64,000 nt of DNA from Narcine bancroftii (lineage: Eukaryota): NCBI RefSeq assembly GCF_036971445.1, contig NC_091480.1, positions 71,548,001-71,612,000 on the forward strand. Reading direction: 5' to 3'. The position numbers and the translations under genes are program-made. The notes under the pieces are model-generated. The model worked only from the letters and a program-made list of their open reading frames with translations, was not told the DNA's origin and searched no databases. How positions within the stretch are numbered: the first letter of the stretch is position 1; each line of letters starts with the position of its first letter. Positions 61,010-64,000 of this stretch are shown here, one piece after another.

Positions 61010-64000
61010 CTTTATTTATAATTTTTTAACCAAAATATAATTTCATTACATTCAATTATAAATTATTTTTAAAAAATTGCATTAAAAATCCTCCCATCCC
61101 CCTCAACCCACCTTCCCACCCTCTCAACCCCACACCCCTAAAAAAGAAAAAAAGAAAGAAAAAAACTGGAGAATGCCAAGAAAATAAAACGTTTATACAG
61201 AAAAGTCTATTGGCGGTTACCAAAAAATGAGGTCTCAGAGAGTGAATCGTACATGCAAACCAGAATTTTATAAATATGGGCTCCTTATTTTCTAGAAGAC
61301 ATGATATTTATCTTGCAGATTATAAGTAAATTTCTCTAATGGACTACAACTACGAAGTTCTCATTGCCATCTTTCTATGCTTAAATGAGATAAATATTTA
61401 AATTTAATTTTAGCTTTATATCCTTAATATTACTCAATAAAAATAACACCAGAACCTGTGGGAATTTGACCCCTGTAATTCATCCCAAAAAATTAACTAC
61501 CCCTAACCAAAATTGTCTAACTTTAGGACATTGCCAAGTTGAATGAAAAAAAGGTTCTAACCTCAGATCTTCACCTAAAACATAAATCTGATATGGCAGG
61601 ATTTAATCTATTTATTTTTTGCAGAGTCAAATATAATTGATGTATAAAAATTATATTGAACTAACCTAGATCTTACATTTATAAGTTTAGTCATATTATT
61701 CTTACTTAACTCCATCCAATCCCTTTCATTTATTTGTGTCTTAAAATCTATTTCCATTCTTAATCTTGATTTATACACTCCAATTTTGGGGGCCCTTAGT
61801 TTGAAATAAGTTATACATTACTGAAATAAATTTATTTACAGTAAATGTTAGAAATTAGTAATTCTAATTCAATTTGATTAGGTAAAGTCAAACTAGGGGC
61901 TAGTTTGCCAGATAAAAAAAGCTTTAACTTGATAATAGCAAAATAAAGTATTAATAGTAAATTAAAATTTTCCCTCGTTCTTTCAAATGTTATAAATCTC
62001 CCATCCTCAATACCCTCCCATCTCCAATCCTCAAGAATTGGTTATCAATTAAAAAAGGAATTAGTCTATTTTGACATAGAGGTATTTTCCTAGATATTAA
62101 ACCTTTCATACCAATTTCATTATCAATAATATTCTACAACTCAATCATGTATTTCAAAATAGATGATTCCCTACCTCCAAATAACATCTTAGAATTCCAT
62201 TTATAAATAAAATCTTAGGGATTCATATCCCCTATTGCATTAAATTTAACAAAGCTGGAATATTATCTAAACCAAACCATACATTTATAAATCTAAATTG
62301 AGCTGCTTTATAATAATTCTTAAAAGGAAGAAGATACATATTTTCATCAATTTTTCCAAAGAGACCCTTGGCATTTTATCATTCCATAAAAATTTCCTAA
62401 TCCGTGTATTTAAATCCTTAAAATATTTTGAAGGAATTGGAATGGGAATTGATTGAAAAAGATATTGAACTAATTTTAACACTCTACCAATTAAAGTAAT
62501 AGGTAAATTATTCCATTTTTAAAAATCAGCAACAATTTTATTTAGCAAAGGTAAATAATTCAATTTATATAAATTTTTAAAATCATTTTCAATTCTAATA
62601 CCTAAATATTTAATACCTATGCCTGGGCACCTAAATTTTGTGACTGTTTTGTAATCTGTATAATCACCCACAGCGAAGGTCATAATCTCACTTTTTTTCC
62701 CCAATTAACTTTATAACCAAAGAGTTCCCCATATTCTTTCAATCTAATCTGTAATTGTTATAAAGAATTTTTAGGATCAGTTAAATAAACCAAAACATCA
62801 TCAGCAAATAAATTAATGTTATATTCTTCTTGATTCACTTTAATTCCCTTGATTTTTGAATCCTGTCTAATAAATTCAGCTAAACGTTCAATTGCTAAAA
62901 TAAATAAAGCCGGAGATAAAGGATGACCTTGCCAACTTGACCTGGTTAATGGAAAAGAAGCAGAAATTTGTCCATTAGTGATAAATGTTTCCAAAGAGTT
63001 TTTATGTAAGCCTTTAACCCAATTTATAAATGTAGAACCAATACCAAACTTCCTCAATACTTTAAACAAAAAGTTCCATTCCAACCTCTCAAAAGGCTTT
63101 ACAGAACCCAAAGTTACTGCAATACTATGATCTCCTCTTTTCTGAATTCAATTAATTAAGCTAATTAATCTTGCAATATTGTCCTGACAAACCGTTTTTT
63201 GATAAACCCGCTTGATCCATATGAATTAAATCAGGCAGATATTTAAATAATCTATTTGCTAACAATTTTGCAATAATTTTATAATCTATATTCAATAAAG
63301 ATATTGGACAATAAGATGCAGGATTTAACAAGGCTTTATCTTTCTTTGGTATAACTGTAATTATTGTCATTGAAAAAGATTCTGGTAAGGAATGGGCTTC
63401 TGTTGCCTGCTTTAACACCTCCATAAATGGAAGTATTAAAAGGTCCTTAAACCTCTTATAAAATTCAGATGGAAAACCATATTCTCTTGGAGATTTAACA
63501 TTCTGTAATGAACTAAGCATTTAATTTCTCTTATTGTAAAAGGAGCATCCAAATTTTTCTGATCTTGATATGTCAAGCTAGATAAATTTATCTGAGATAA
63601 AAAAATTATCAGTCTTATCCTCATCTCCAATAAATTCTGATCTATATAAATCGGAATAAAAAACTTTAAAAACATCATTAGTTTCTTTACAATTTATTTG
63701 ATCTCTTCCTAACAGCATTAATTATTCTAGAGGATTGTTCAGTTTTTAACTGCAAAGCTAAAACGTTATGAGCTCCTTCTCCTAATTCTTAATATATTTG
63801 CTAGTTCTATCAATCAACTCTTCAGTCCTATAAGTCTGAATCGCATTAAAATGAAACTTATTCTTTATTCTTTCTTTTCTCATCTGAGGGCTTTTTTGTA
63901 ATACCTTTTCCAAATCCTGTAGGTCTCTTTCTAATTGATTGACCTATTTTGTATAATCTTTCTTAATTTTCAATTTAAAACTTATTATTTGTCCTTTTAA
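61010..64000 (-). mobile_element. L1-clade LINE ORF2 relic and 3' end, running off the right edge
   Basis: ORFs 63161..63520 (PISLLN.DYKI), 62758..63111 (QG.PLSP.LF, LFADD) and 62519..62704 (YLGI). Confidence 0.88.

Noticed and set aside
13500-64000. Exons of an upstream neighbour gene (e.g. WIPF2, as in human synteny)
   Set aside because: No ORF or spliced segment with recognisable similarity was found by eye. Small or non-coding exons cannot be excluded.

Overview
Vertebrate genomic DNA, most likely from a cartilaginous fish (ray or shark). This is inferred from HE1/V-type and Deu-type SINEs plus abundant CR1, Rex1, Penelope and L1 relics. The only host gene I can support is CDC6 on the minus strand. 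It has a CpG-rich E2F/CCAAT/GC-box promoter at ~13.39-13.50 kb, a probable non-coding exon 1, and seven in-frame coding exons (12598 down to 1216) with GT-AG junctions. The gene continues off the left edge. Intron 1 holds a ~14-copy G-rich minisatellite. The 50 kb upstream of CDC6 is mostly decayed mobile DNA: a near-complete Ty3/Gypsy (Mag-like) element, chimeric, deleted and tandem relatives, many solo LTRs with 5-bp TSDs, a CsRn1-like element, Harbinger and hAT transposase fossils, MITEs, LINEs and SINEs, plus one candidate conserved enhancer. The main observation concerns three Mag-like LTR families with different sequences. None has a tRNA primer-binding site. In each, the 12-14 nt starting 1 nt after the 5' LTR are the reverse complement of the LTR segment ending in its own poly(A) hexamer. 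The sequences differ but the pairing, register and polarity are conserved. This points to a tRNA-independent self-priming mechanism and/or a hairpin that masks the 5'-LTR poly(A) signal. All coordinates were read by eye, and boundaries of degraded repeats are approximate.
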